From positions 33,110,001 to 33,174,000 of the forward strand of contig NC_086097.1 of NCBI RefSeq assembly GCF_963921235.1: DNA of 64,000 nt, written 5' to 3'. This document shows positions 39,709 through 52,525 of this stretch, piece by piece (within the stretch, counting starts at the first letter, position 1; every line of letters starts with the position of its first letter). Source of the DNA: Mobula hypostoma. Taxonomy: Eukaryota. A model generated the notes under the pieces. That model made no database searches and had not been told where the DNA came from. It saw only the letters and a list, made by a program, of their open reading frames with translations. The translations under genes were made by a program, and so were the position numbers.

Positions 39709-40033
39709 GTAGATGTGTGCTGCAGAGTATATTGACTGGTTGCATCACAGCCTGGTATGGAAATACCAATACCCCTTAAAGGAACTGTAGCAGTGTACTA
39801 CACACAGTGCTAGACTAACGACACATAGTCGGTGAGTTGTAGTTGCGGAAAAAGGGGTTTATGCAAACTTCGCAGCCTCCTTTAAATCCTTCCCGTCCTC
39901 TCACCTGGGCTTACGGGGAGGTCTTGGAGCTGCAAACCGGAGACCGCAGTTCTGTAATTAGGGAGCTCATCGTCTGGTGAATTCGTCGTCGGACAGCGTG
40001 ATGGAGTCCAGGTGTGGGGCTGGCAACTTGGCT

Positions 40034-41077
40034 TCACCCAGGGAGAGCGTTTGATAAGTCTTGGCGTGGACTAGTAGCTTCCCTTGCAAGTCGAGCTCGC
40101 AGAAAATCCGCCCCCAGGAGTGGTTGGGCCACGGCAGCCAGTGTGAAGTCATACGTGAACTGGCTGGAGCTGAACTGTAGCTGTACCGTGCGGGTGCCGT
40201 AGGTCCATATTGTGCTGCCATTTGCGGCCCTCAGGGTGGGTCCCGGTTCTCTGTTGCGGGTGTCGTAACTCGTTGGAGGTAAAATGCTGATCTGTGTTCC
40301 GGTGTCGACCAAAAAGCGGCGTCCCGACTGCTTGTCCCAGACATACAGGAGGCTGTCTTGATGGCCAGCCGCCGTAGCCATCAGCGGCCTGGTGTTTCCC
40401 GGGAATTTGCATGGCAGTCTAAAGCGGCGGGCCTCTGTGCCCCACCGCTGGTGGTAGAAGCACCATTGTTCATTGGGCTCCTCACTCCCGTCACCGGGTT
40501 TTGTAGGCTCTGCTGCCGGGCCTGGTCTGGTCTGCTGTTGGGCACGGGACTTGGTGATCTGTGTGACGGACGCCCCTCTCTCCTTCTTGGCATTCCACAG
40601 CACATCTGCCTGGGCCGCCAACTTCCCGGGGTCGCTGAAATCTGCGTTGGACAGCAGCAGGCATATGTCCTCGGGCAGTTGCTCTAGGAACGCCTGCTCA
40701 AACATGAGGCAGGGTTTGTGTCCTTCAGCCAGGGCCAGCATTTCATTCATTAATGCCAACGGCGGCCTGTCTCCCGAACCATCCAGGTGCAGTAAGCGAG
40801 CAACTCGCTCGCACCGTGAGAGTCCAAAAGTCCTTATGAGCAGGGCTTTGAATGCTGTGTATTTGCCGTCCTCCGGAGGCGACTGTATAAACTCCTCAAC
40901 TTGTGCAGCTGTCTCCTGGTCGAGGGAGCTCACCATGTAGTAGTAACGAGGGGAATCCGAGGTTATCTGCCGAATGTGGAATTGGGCTTCTTCTTGTTTG
41001 AACCATAGGCGAGGTCGCAGCATCCAGAAGCTTGGCATTTTTAATGAAACTGCATGAATAGATGCAGCGTCGGTCAT
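40034..41077 (-). pseudogene. Gypsy gag and aspartic protease ORF (MTDAASIHAVSLKMPSFW...FLVDTGTQIS...LLGADFL)
   Basis: First ATG after the PBS at 41077; DTG protease motif; WCFYH..C knuckle-like region; no RT, RNase H or integrase core present. Confidence 0.85.
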
Positions 41078-41101
41078 CCCTGGTCCAAATATCGTTTGGG
41101 C

Positions 41102-41115
41102 CGTCGGAGTCACCA
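41102..41115 (-). promoter_or_regulatory. Primer-binding site, tRNA-Trp type
   Basis: TGGTGACTCCGACG two nt after the LTR; 13/14 match to the complement of the vertebrate tRNA-Trp 3' end (TGGTGACCCCGACG, recalled). Confidence 0.8.
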
Positions 41116-41920
41116 AATGTAGCGGTGTGCTACACACAGCGCTAGAATAACGACACGTAGTTGGTGAGTTGTAGTTGCGGAAAAAGAGGTTTATTCAAAC
41201 TTCGCGACCTCCTTTAAATCCTTCCTGTTCCCGCCCTCCCCGGGCAGGACTGCTGTGGGGAATGCATATTCGCAGACCCTTCCCGCGCGCGGGTTTTTCC
41301 CCCTGCTGGTGAAGACGGTCTGGCGCCCTTTTTGGGGCCGACCTCTCTGCCGGCACACACCGTTTTGTGAGCCGGTTCGAGTGTGCTGGAAAGTGGGTCA
41401 CCACAGAACATCCTACAAAAAGGAGTGGATATAGCCCAGTCCATCATGGGTAATGCCTTCCTCACCATTGAGCACTTCCATGAAGCACTGTTGCAAGAAA
41501 GCAGCATCCATCATGAAGAACCCTCACTACCCAGGCCATGCTCTCTTATTGCTGCTGCCATCAGGAAGAAGGTACCCAAACCACCAGGTTCAGGAACAGT
41601 TATAACCCTTCAACCATCAGACTCTTAAACCATTTGGGATAACTTCACTCAGCTTCACTTCACCCCATCACTGAACTGTTCCCACAACCTGTGGACTCAC
41701 TTTCAAGAACTCTCCATCTTATGTTCTCAACAATTAGTGCTTATTTTTTTTCTTTTGTATTTGCACATTTTGCTGACATTGATTGTTTGTCTGCCCTGTT
41801 TAGTGCAGTCTTTCATTGATTCTATTACGTTTCTTGGATTTACTGTGTATACCTGCAAGAGAATGAACCTTAGGGTTGTAGAAGGTGTACTGTGATAATA
41901 AATCTATTTTGAATTTCTCC

Positions 41921-42958
41921 CAACAGTAGTTGTGTCATCGGCAAATTTATCGATGAAGTTTTGAGCTGTGCCTAGCCACACTGTCGTGGGTGTAGAGAGG
42001 GTAGAGCAGTGGGCTAAGTACGCATCCTTTTGGTGTGCCAGTGTTGACTGGAGAAGATATTACTTGTGACTGTGGTATCCGGGTGAAGAAGGCCAGGATC
42101 CAGTTGCAGAGGGAGATACAGGGGCCCAGGCTTTGAAGCTTGTTGATTGGAACTGAAGGTGTGATTGTGTTGAATGCTGAGTAGTAATCAGTTATCAGCA
42201 GCCTAACATGCTAGAATCCAAGGCCAAGTGGAGAAGCAGTGAGATTGCATCCGCTGTGGATCTATTGTGGCAATAGGCAATTTGCAGTGGGTTCAGGTCC
42301 TTGATTAGGCAGCAGTTGATTCTGGCAATGACCAACCTCTCAAATAACTTCATCATAGTAGATGTGAGTGCAACTCGGTGACAGTCGTTGAGGCAGTTCA
42401 CCTTGCTGTTCTTGGGCATTGGTATGATTGTCACCCTTTTCAAGCAGGTGGGATCCTCTGACAGCAGCAGTGAGAGATTGATGATGCTCTTGAACACACT
42501 CTCCAGTTAGTTGGCACAGGTTTTCAGTGCCCTTTCAGGTACTCCATCAGGGTCTGAACACTTGCGAGGGTTCAGCTCCATCTTAGGCACTCGCTTCCCC
42601 ATCTGTGAGGACACCTTCAAAAGACAATGCCTTGAAAAGACGGCATCTGTCATTAATGACCCCATCACTCAGGGCATTCCCACTTCTCAAAGCTACCATC
42701 AAGCAGGAGCCTGAAGGCACATTCAAAGTTTCAGGAACAGCTTTTTCCACTCCACCATCAGATTTCTGAATGGACAGTGATCCAATAAACACCACCTCGG
42801 TTTTTTTTTGCTCTGCTTTTGCACTAATTACTTATTTTTATGTATATATACTTTTTATTGTAATTATAGTTTTTTAAATTATGTATTGATCTGTACTACT
42901 GCTGCAAAACAAGCAATTTTATGACATTCTATATGCCAGTGATATTTAAACTGATTCT
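41921..42958. mobile_element. Rex1-like sequence: minus-strand RT segment (~41921-42575) joined to a plus-strand 3' end (~42576-42958)
   Basis: Minus ORF PTCLKRVTIIPMPK...ALTSTMMKLFERL; plus ORF DTFKRQCLEKTASVINDP; tail aaactgattctga. Confidence 0.7.
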
Positions 42959-42959
42959 G

Positions 42960-44165
42960 ATCATTAGTGTACATGATAGGCAACAATGGACCCAGCACAG
43001 ATCCCTGTAGCACACCACTTGTCACATACCTCCAATCAACGAGACAACCATCTATTACCACCTTCTGGCTTCTCCCACTGAGCTATCATTGAATCTAATT
43101 GATTATTGCATGCTGAAAGCCAAGTGCCTTAACCTTTTGGAACAGCCTTCAATACAGGACTTTCTTAAAGGCCTTGATAAAATCTACATGGACAACGTTA
43201 CGTAGATCAACCTTTCTGGAAACCTCCTTGAAAAATTCTATAAGATTGGTTTGACATGACCTACCACGCACAAAGCCATGTTGACTATTCTTAATCACAT
43301 TCTGTCTATCCAAATACTTATATATCCAGTCCCTTAGAATAGCTTCCAATAATTTCCCGTCGACTGACCTCAAGCTCACCGGCCTATAATTTCCTGACTT
43401 ATTTTTACAGCCTTTCTTAAACAATGGAGTAACATTAGCTATCTTCCAATCCTCCGGCATGTCACCTGTGGTAAGAAGAATTTGCATATCTCTCCCTGCA
43501 ATTTACTCACTAGCCTTGCTCGATGTCTGGTGGGGATTTATCCACTGTAATTCAGCCCAAGACAGCAAGTACCACCTCCTCTTGATCTGTATATGGTCTA
43601 TGACCGCATTATTTTTTTCTCAGTTCTATTGACTCTGTTTCTTAAGTATTCATTTAAGATCTCCCCATCCCTTTCAGCTCCATGCATATATGACCACGCT
43701 GAACTTTAAGAGGACAAATTTTGTCCCTTGCTATCCTTTTGCTGTTAATATAGCTATAGAAGCCCTTCGGATTCTGTTTCACCTTGTCTACTAGAGCGAC
43801 CTCATACCCCCTTTCAGTCTTTCTGATTTCTCTCTCAAGTGTTCTCTTGGATTTCTTATACTCCTGAAGTATCTCATTTGATCCTAACTGCCTATACCTG
43901 ATATGCACCTTCTTTACCAGGGCCTCAATCTCCCTTGATAACTAAGGTTCTCTAAACCTGTTAGCCTTGCTTTTTATTCTAACAGGAACATATAGATTTT
44001 CAATATTCCACTTTTGAAAACCTCCCATTTGCCAAGCATCTCTTTTCTGGAAAACAGTCTATCCCAATCCATACCTGCAAAGTCCCTTCTGATGCTATCA
44101 AAATCGGAGTTTCTCCAGTTTAGAATCTTAACCCATTCTATCCTTCTACATAACTATCTTGAAAC
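42960..44165 (-). mobile_element. Degenerate CR1 ORF2 internal fragment
   Basis: PEDWKIANVTPLFKKG..NYRPVSL, GVLQGSVLGP, NPKGFYSY remnants. Confidence 0.85.
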
Positions 44166-46435
44166 AAATGGAAATGCTGTATTGGTTTTGAATTGGTGCT
44201 GTAATGATGTGGTTAATAACACTGTATTAATGCCAGGCTTACCACATTGTCATGTGGTGTTTATAGCATTATATTCTTAGCATGCTAAAGGTATTTTAAA
44301 AAATGTAGGGTTAAAGGTGCTGCATTGATATGACATTCACTGTTATAATTTTGGATTGATAGTATTTGAATAATCTGGGACTAATGCAGTGCCTGAATAT
44401 GAACTGGAATTAAAATTGTAATACTACCAGGTAGATATAAATATGGGGATAAGAGTGCCTGCCTAATAGCATTGAGGTATTTAGGTCAGTACTCCTGTAA
44501 TGCTATTTTCATCTTTGCAATACTCTTGATGTAATCCCCAGAAATGCTAGGGAATATACATTTAATCAAAAAGAAGTATTAACAACAGTTAGTGTTAGTT
44601 AACTGAAAATAGTGCCAGAGAAATTCATGGGACTAGAAGCTGATAAAAGCTTGATGTCTGACAGCCAACATCTATGGGAGGGATAGCCATGGAAAGAGTC
44701 GATGTATTGGTTGTCACAATCTAAAAGTTCCAGAGATAATAGGGAAAAGTACAGGGGAATGTCAGAAGTAGGTTTTTTTTGTACATATAGAGCAGTAGGT
44801 GTGTGGAACATGCTGCCGGGTGGTGGTAGAGGAAGATACATTAGAGTTATTTAAGACACTCTTAAATAAACTCATGAATGATTGAAAAATGGCGAGTGAT
44901 TTGGAAGAGAAGGGTTAAATTGATCTTAGAGTAGCTTAAAGGGTCAATACAACACCATGGGCTGATCTATGCTGTACTGTTCTCTGTTCAATAGAGCAGT
45001 TCCTGCAGATTGAGGGTGATGTGTATAAACCTACAAGTTAAAAATAAGAGGAAGGAGTGAGAAGAGGGAACCAAAGCTAGAATATACGTTGTAAAAGCAA
45101 TACCGGAGTCTTATTTTAAAGAATGTGATAACGGAGAGTGCCAATGAGATTAGACATTATCAATACGATTTGTAAGAAGGAGATTCTGTTTGATAAACCT
45201 CCAGGAGATTTTTGAGGATGTAATGATGGGGAAAAGCATCTCACTTGGTGGATTTGGATTTTCAGAAGGCTCTTGATAAAGAGAGTGTGCAGAATTAAAG
45301 CAGGGATTGTAGGTAAAGTACTGGCATAGGTTTCCTCCCACAACACATAGGCTTTCAGGTTTGGTTTTGGAAATGGTTTATTGCCGTCACATGTACCAAA
45401 GTACATGTACCATGGTGCTTGTCTTGCACACTGTTTATACATATCAAATCATTACACATAGCACTGTGCTAGAACAAGGTAAAACAATTACAATACAGAA
45501 TAAAGTGTAAAAGCTATCAAAAAAGTGCAGTACAGGTAAACAATAAAGGGCAAGATCATAATGAAGTAGATTGTGAGGCTAAGAGTCCATCATATCGTAC
45601 TAGGGAACTGTTCAAGCGCCTGATAACAGTGGAATATAAGCTGTCCTTGAGCCTGGTGGTACGTGCTTTCAGGCTTTTGTATCTACTGCCTAATCAGAGG
45701 GGGGAGTAGAGAGAATATACGGGATATATGGGATCTTTGATCAAGCTTTTCTGCAGCAGCAAGAAGTCAGACAGAGTCCGTGGAGGGGAGGCTGGTTCCT
45801 GTGATGTGCTGAACTGGGTCCACAACTACCTTGCAGTCGTGGCAGTGTATTTGCCATACCAAGCCCTGATTCATCCAGGTCGGCAGTTTAATTGGTTACT
45901 GTAGGTGAGTGATAGAATCTGATGAGTGTTTGTGAGAATGTGGGGGAAATAAACTGTGAATGGTGAAAATAGATGCTTGATAGCATCGAATCAGTGGGTC
46001 ACAAGGCCTGTTTGCAAGGTAGGCATAGCTGCCACAGCGCCTATTTTCACCTTCTATAACCCTGTCATCTCTATAACAGTGGGAATAAATGGGATTGTTT
46101 CAGGATTGCAAGAGAAAGCTAGTGAGGTAATACATAGTTCAGTGTTTGGGCTTCAGTAATTCAACAATGTTAATGGTTTGGATGAGGGATCAAATTGTGA
46201 ATCAGAACTGACCAATGGTATGCCACGGTGATAGGTCAATTTGTTGTTTGTCACTTGCATTAACAATTTTGATGAAAATACAGTACATAGAATCAGAGAC
46301 ATACAGCACTGAAACAGGGCTTTCAGCTCAGTCTCTCCATGCCAACCAAGATGTCTATTTGAACTCATCATGCTTGCCTGCATTGCGCCCAGAACTCTGG
46401 TCTCACCAATGATTTGTACAACTGTAACATTTGGT

Positions 46436-46745
46436 GGGCTGCGATCATCGCTAGCAGTTGCTAGATTGGCTGAGGGGCACGACGTTTAAAAAGAGCTCGG
46501 GGCCTTTTGGAACTTTTCCATGGGCTGCAATCATCGTGAGCAGTCGCATGTTTGCCTGAGTGGTGCAGGGTTTAAAAAGAGTTTGGGATCCTTTAGGACA
46601 TTTTGTCATGCTGCAATCATTGCAGGCAGTTGCTTGTTTTGCTGAGGCGGCCTGAGGTTTAATAAGAGCTCAGGGGCTTTTGGGACTTTTGGTGGACTGC
46701 AATTATAATGATTTCTTAAGCAGTCAGCAGAGGCCAATAAAAAGG
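46436..46745 (+). repeat. About 3.5 diverged tandem copies of an 86-bp monomer at a CR1 5' end
   Basis: ctgc(g/a)atc recurs at 46439, 46525, 46611 and 46697; the three full units contain gtttaa(a/t)aagag. Confidence 0.8.
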
Positions 46746-47943
46746 AACAAGGTGTAAACAGAGTGGCCATTGTTGGAGTGGACGGTGTTATAATAATCAG
46801 GCTTTGGCTCAAAAGGTTTGGGCGAGAATAGGCAAGTTTCTAGTAAGGTTTTTTCTTTCTTTGTCTGTTAGTACATACTGTAGTTAGTGTGCTAAGAACT
46901 GATCCAGGGTTAGTAGTATGTTCTTTGAGTGAAATGTGGGAACTCTGGGAGACCTCCAGTCTTCCTGATAACTGTATTTGCATGAGGTGCATTGAAGAGG
47001 AGGTCTTAGATAGGAGTTATAGAGAGGTGGTCACCCCTAAGTTGAAAGAGGCAGGTACCTAGATGACTGTCAGGAGAGGGAAAGGGAATATTCAGCTAGT
47101 GCAGAGTAGCCCTGTGGCCATTCCCCTTAATATTAAATATATCGCTTTGGATACTGTTGGGGGTGGGGATGTTCTTCTGGGAGAAGCAGCAACCGGGTCC
47201 GGCTACCACTGAGTCTGGCTCTGTGGTTCAGAAGGGGAGAGGAGTAAAGATAGTGGATTCCATAGTTAGAGGAGCAGATAGGAGATTCTGTGGATGGTAT
47301 ATTGCCACCCATTTGTCAGGGTTAAGGAAGTCTCAGATCAGGTTCACTGCATGCAAGAGGGGGAGGATGAATAGCTGGAGTTCTGGTAGATATTGGTACC
47401 AATGACAGAGGTAAGAAAAGGGAGGAGGTCCTGAGGAGAGAATAAAGGGAGTTAAATAGAAACCTAAAAAGCAAGGCCTCCAAGGTAGTAATCTCTGGAT
47501 TGCTGCCTGTCCCACGCAGCAGTGAGGTTAAGAATAGGATGATGTGGCAGATGAATGTGTGGCTGAGAGATTTGTGCAGGGGGCAGGGGTTCAGATATCT
47601 GGATCATTGGGATTTCTTCTGGGGAAGGTATGACCTGTACAAAATGGATGGGATACACCTGAACCTGAAGGGGACAAATATATTTGTGGGCAGGTTTGCT
47701 AGAGGAGGGATTAAACTAATTTGATAGGGGATGTGAAGCAGAGTGACAGCTGAGAATGGGCAGTTGGTATACAAGTAGATGGAGTGAGTAGTGAGACTGT
47801 GAGGAAGGACAGACAGAAGATTGGTCAAAATCTAAAGAGAGGATGATGCAACCATGCCTGACAAGGGAAGTTAAAGACAACATAAAAGCAAAAGAGAAAG
47901 TATATAATACAGTAAAAAGTAGTGGGAAATTAGATGATTGTAA

Positions 47944-49101
47944 CAGGACAGGAGATTAGTGTGCAAACTTAAAGCACACGGTATTGGGGGTAAGGTATTG
48001 ATGTGGATAGAGAATCGGTTGGCAGACAGGAAACAAAGAGTGGGAATAAACGGGACCTTTTCAGAATGGCAGGCAGTGACTAGTGGGGTACTGCAAGTCT
48101 CAGTGCTGGGACCCCAGTTGTTTACAATATATATTAATGACTTAGATGAGGGAATTAAATGCAGCATCTCCAAGTTTGCGGATGACATGAAGCTGGGCGG
48201 CAGTGTTAGCTGTGAGGAGGATGCTAAGAGGTGCAGGGTGACTTGGATAGGTTGGGTGAGTGGGCAAATTCATGGCAGATGCAATTTAATGTGGATAAAT
48301 GTGAAGTTATCCACTTTGGTGGCAAAAATAGGAAAACAGATTATTATCTGAATGGTGGCCTATTAGGAAAAGGGGAGGTGCAACGAGACCTGGGTGTCAT
48401 TGTACACCAGTCATTGAAAGTGGGCATGCAGGTACAGCAGGCAGTGAAAAAGGCGAATGGTATGCTGGCATTCATAGCAAGAGGATTCGAGTACAGGAGC
48501 AGGGAGGTACTACTGCAGTTGTACAAGGCCTTGGTGAGACCACACCTGGAGTATTGTGTGCAGCTTTGGTCCCCTAATCTGGGGAAAGACATTCTTGCCA
48601 TAGAGTGAGTACAAAGAAGGTTCACCAGATTGATTCCTGGGATGGCAGTTCTTTCATATGATGAAAGACTGGACTGACTAGGCTTATACTCGTTGGAATT
48701 TAGAAGATTGAGGGGGGATCTTATTGAAACGTATAAAATCCTAAAGGGATTAGACAGGCTAGATGCAAGAAGATTGTTCCCGATGTTGGGGAAGTCCAGA
48801 ACGAGGGGTCACAGTTTACGGATAAAGGGGAAGCCTTTTAGGACTGAGATTAGGAAAAACTTCTTCACACTGAGAGTGGTGAATCTGTGGAATTCTCTGC
48901 CACAGGAAACAGTTGAGGCCAGTTCATTGGCTATATTTAAGAGGGAGTTAGATATGACCCTTGTGGTTAAAGGGATCGGGGGTATGGAGGGAAGGCAGGT
49001 ACAGGGTTCTGAGTTGGATGATCAGCCATGATCATACCGAATGGCGGTGCAGGCTCGAAGGGCCGAATGGCCTACTCCTGCACCTATTTTCTATATTTCT
49101 A
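47944..49101 (+). mobile_element. 5'-truncated CR1 3' portion (RT C-half)
   Basis: ORFs with SKFADD and RPHLEYCVQ; tail ttttctatatttcta. Confidence 0.88.
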
Positions 49102-52100
49102 TGTAAAGCTTTCAAAAACCAACAGGAGGCAACTAAAAAAATAATAGGGAGAGAAAAGATGAAATATAAAGGTAAGCTAGCTAATAATATAAAAGAGGAT
49201 ACCAGAAGTCTTCTTTTCAGATACAATTTATAAAGAGTAAAAGAGAAGTGAAAGTGAATATTGGAGCACTGGGAAATGATGCCGGAGAGTACTAATGGGG
49301 AACAAAGAAATGGCAGATGAATTTAAGAAGACATAAGCAGTAACCAGAAATTCAAGTGACGGGGCAGAAGTGAGTATATTTGCTATTACTAAGGAGAAGG
49401 TGGTTGGGAAGCTGAAAGGTCTAACAGCTAAGTCGTATGGATCAGATGGACTATACTCTACAATTCTGAAAGAGATAGCAGAAGAGATTGTGGAGACATT
49501 AGTAGTGATCTTTCAAGAATCACTAGATTCTGGAATGTTACTCCACTCTTTAAGAAGAGAGGGAGGCAGAAGATGGGAAATTTATAGGCCAGTTAGCCTG
49601 ACTTCAGTGGCTGGGAATATGCTGAAATACATTATTAAGGATCAGGTTTTGGAGTGCTTTAAGGAATTTGATAAAATAGGCTAGAGTCAACGTGGTTTCC
49701 GTAAGGGGAAATCTTGCTAGACAAATCTGTTGGAATTCTTTGAGGAAATAACAAGCAGGATAGACAAAGGAGTGTCAGTGAATTTTGTTTACTTGGATTT
49801 TCAGAAGGTCTTTGACAACATGCTGCATGTGAGGAAGCTAAACAAGATTACAGGAAAGATACTAGCATTGGGTAGAAGATTGGCTGACTGGCAGGAGGCA
49901 AACAGTGTGAATAAAGGGGGCCTTTTCTGGTTGGCTGCTGGTGACTAGTGGTGTTCCACAAGGGTCAGTGTTAGGACTGCTTCCTTTCTTCTTATATGTC
50001 AATGATTTGGATATCAGAATTGATGGTTTTGCGGACAATGCGAAGATAGGTGGAGGGGCAGGTAGTGTTGAGGAAACGGAATCTGCAGATGGACTTAGAT
50101 TGGGAGAATGGACAAAGAACTAGCAGATGGAATATATTGCAGGGATATATATGGTCTTGCACTTTGGTTAAAGGAATAAAGGCGTAGAATATTTTCTAAA
50201 TGAGGAGAAAATTCAGAAATCAGAGGTGTAAAGGGATTTGGGACTCTTTGTGCAGGATTTCCTAAAAGTTAACTTGCAGGTTGAGTGTTTGTAAAGAAGG
50301 CAAATGGAAATTTAGCATTCATTTCAAGACAACTAGAATATAGAAATAACATTGTCATGATCAGACTTCATAAGGCATTGTTCAGACCACACGAAGCATT
50401 GTGAGCACTCTTGGATCTCTTATCTAAGAAAAGATGTGCTGGTATTGGAGAGGATCCAGAGGATGTTCACGAGTCTGGTTCCGGAAAGGAAAGGATTAAC
50501 ATTGGAAGAGCATTTGATGGCTCTGGTCCTGCACTCACTGGAGTTTAGAATGAGAGGAACCTTATTGAAACCTATTGAATATTGAAAGACCTGGGTAGAG
50601 TGGATATGGGAGGGCAGAGCTCAGCATAGAGTGACATCCATTTACAACAGAGACATTAGGAGGAATGTATTTAGCCAGAGAGTGGTGAATCTGTGGAATT
50701 CATTGCCACATGCAGCTGTGGAGGCCTTTACTCACTGGAATTTAGAAGGATGCGGCAGTGCTTTCATTGAAACCTACCAAATGTTGAAAGGTCTAGATAG
50801 GGTGGATGTGGAGAGGATGTTTCGTATGGTGGGGGTATCCAGAACTAGAGGGCACAGCCTCAAAATTGAGGGGTGACCCTTTAGAACAGAGGTAAAGAGG
50901 AATTTTTTTAGCCAGAGAGTAGTAAATCTGTGGAATGCTCTGCCACAGACTGTGATGTTTACTAATTGGTCAGGGCATCAAAGGATATGTCGAGAATGCA
51001 GGTATTTGGAGTTGAGTGGACTTGAGATCAGCCATGATGGAATGGCAGAGCAGACTGAATGGGCTGAGTGGCCTAATTCTGCTCCTATGTCTTATGGTCT
51101 TATAATTCATTGAATATACAGTGGATTCTGACGAACTGAGCTATGGGTTAATTAGGGCAGCTGCATATTTGGGACAACTCTTAAAGAACAAAAATGAATT
51201 GGAAAAAAATAGCCAGGATTCCTTTGCTTATTTGAGACACTGTGCTACTTAAAATTGGATAGGAAATTGTTGCCAAACAGTTTCTAACTAGCTGGAAGAA
51301 GGTAGTGCCAGTGAACAATGCAACCATGGGCGACATCCTCCAGACAGTTCACGAAACCACTTTTTTCACGTCTTTTACATCTTCTATTTCTTTCAAATGT
51401 GGGCCTGCTACTGTTGGAGTCTGTGATCTACATTTTGGTGGTGTGTTTTCCGGCCAACTGACTGATCTGGTGCTTTGCTGTCTCTGAAGGTGTACCGTTG
51501 TATCTTCAACCAAAGTGTGTGGCCTCGAGGCCAAGATGCCTGGAGATGGGGTGCAAGGCCATGACTGATTCAATTTCTTACCGATCTCACCAATTAAAGC
51601 ACGAAGGAAAATTGAAATCATTAAGGCATGTGCAGAACGCGAGTGGGTGTTCAGTGCTGTTCACCAACCTCTCGCTCGCTGCCTCTAGAGAAAGGTGTCT
51701 GCGTGTGTCGATCTCCCTGTCTCTCTGTCTTGCTCACTGCTCCCAAGGAAGGTCCCAGCATTTGAATAGTCTCTCTCCCCCGATGATGTCGGAGGATGGT
51801 GCCGGAATTCTGGGTCCTGGCCAAGGTTTAATCGACATGGTTTGTTGATGAGACTCTGTAGATCATGTTATGATGTCTTTCTGGTTTCTGGTCGCTCCTT
51901 TTTTTCTGTTGCTAGTTTGGGTGATTTGGATTGGGGCAGCTTGCAGATAATGAACAACACAGCACTAAATTGAACTGAACTGAATATGCTTGGACTCTTC
52001 CAATTTTGTGTCTTACATTCTGTGTTTCTTGCTAGTTTTTTGTTGCTGTTTCTGCAATTTGTTTTTTTTGGACTGGGGGTGTTGATGTTTTTCTTTGAAC

Positions 52101-52525
52101 AGGGTCGATGGTTTTTGTTGTTTTGTGGCTGTCTGTGGGGAAGACGAATCTCAGGGTTGTATACTGCATACATATTTTGATAATAAATGTACTTTGAATC
52201 TTTGAATCTTTGGTGAGATGGCAGAGCAGACTCAGTGGGCTGAATAGCCTCATTCTGCTCCTATCCCTCATGATCATTGTAATGAATTGCATCAAAAGCA
52301 CGCAGACTTGTGTGTAAAATCAGGAACTGAAAGTGGATGGTGGGATGAAAATAGTTATGGTGTTTCTAGGAAAGAATGTATGTACATACATACATCAGAT
52401 TTTAGAGTTCAGTCATATTATGGAAGCTCATTGGTATGTATGGGTATCCATAAGTTGGGTATTCATAACACAAGGAAAGCCTGCAAAAGAGACTGTGAGT
52501 TCTGCTGAGAATACAAGGCAATGTG

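Larger units (their letters stand above)
39786..41405 (-). mobile_element. Internally deleted Ty3/Gypsy LTR retrotransposon
   Basis: 5' LTR 41118-41405 (TG...CA, 288 bp), partial 3' LTR 39786-~39897, 4-bp TSD gaac (39782-39785, 41406-41409), PBS, gag-protease ORF. Confidence 0.92.
38940..41915 (+). mobile_element. Rex1-like LINE, 3' part, interrupted by the fold-back element and the Gypsy element
   Basis: [15 protein letters not shown]...[15 protein letters not shown] remnant, ...ASIMKNP; ends aataaatctattttgaatt. Confidence 0.8.
46436..51105 (+). mobile_element. Old CR1 (5' monomers, degenerate ORF1, deleted ORF2) with younger CR1 pieces nested at 47944-49101 and ~50726-51105
   Basis: SGNH remnants 47157-47724; RT remnants 49370-50123; nested insert bounded by tgtaa (47939-47943, 49102-49106). 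Confidence 0.8.

Noticed and set aside
40034..41077. Domesticated gag gene
   Set aside because: Still flanked by LTRs, PBS and TSD, with a frameshift after the protease; consistent with a decaying insertion.
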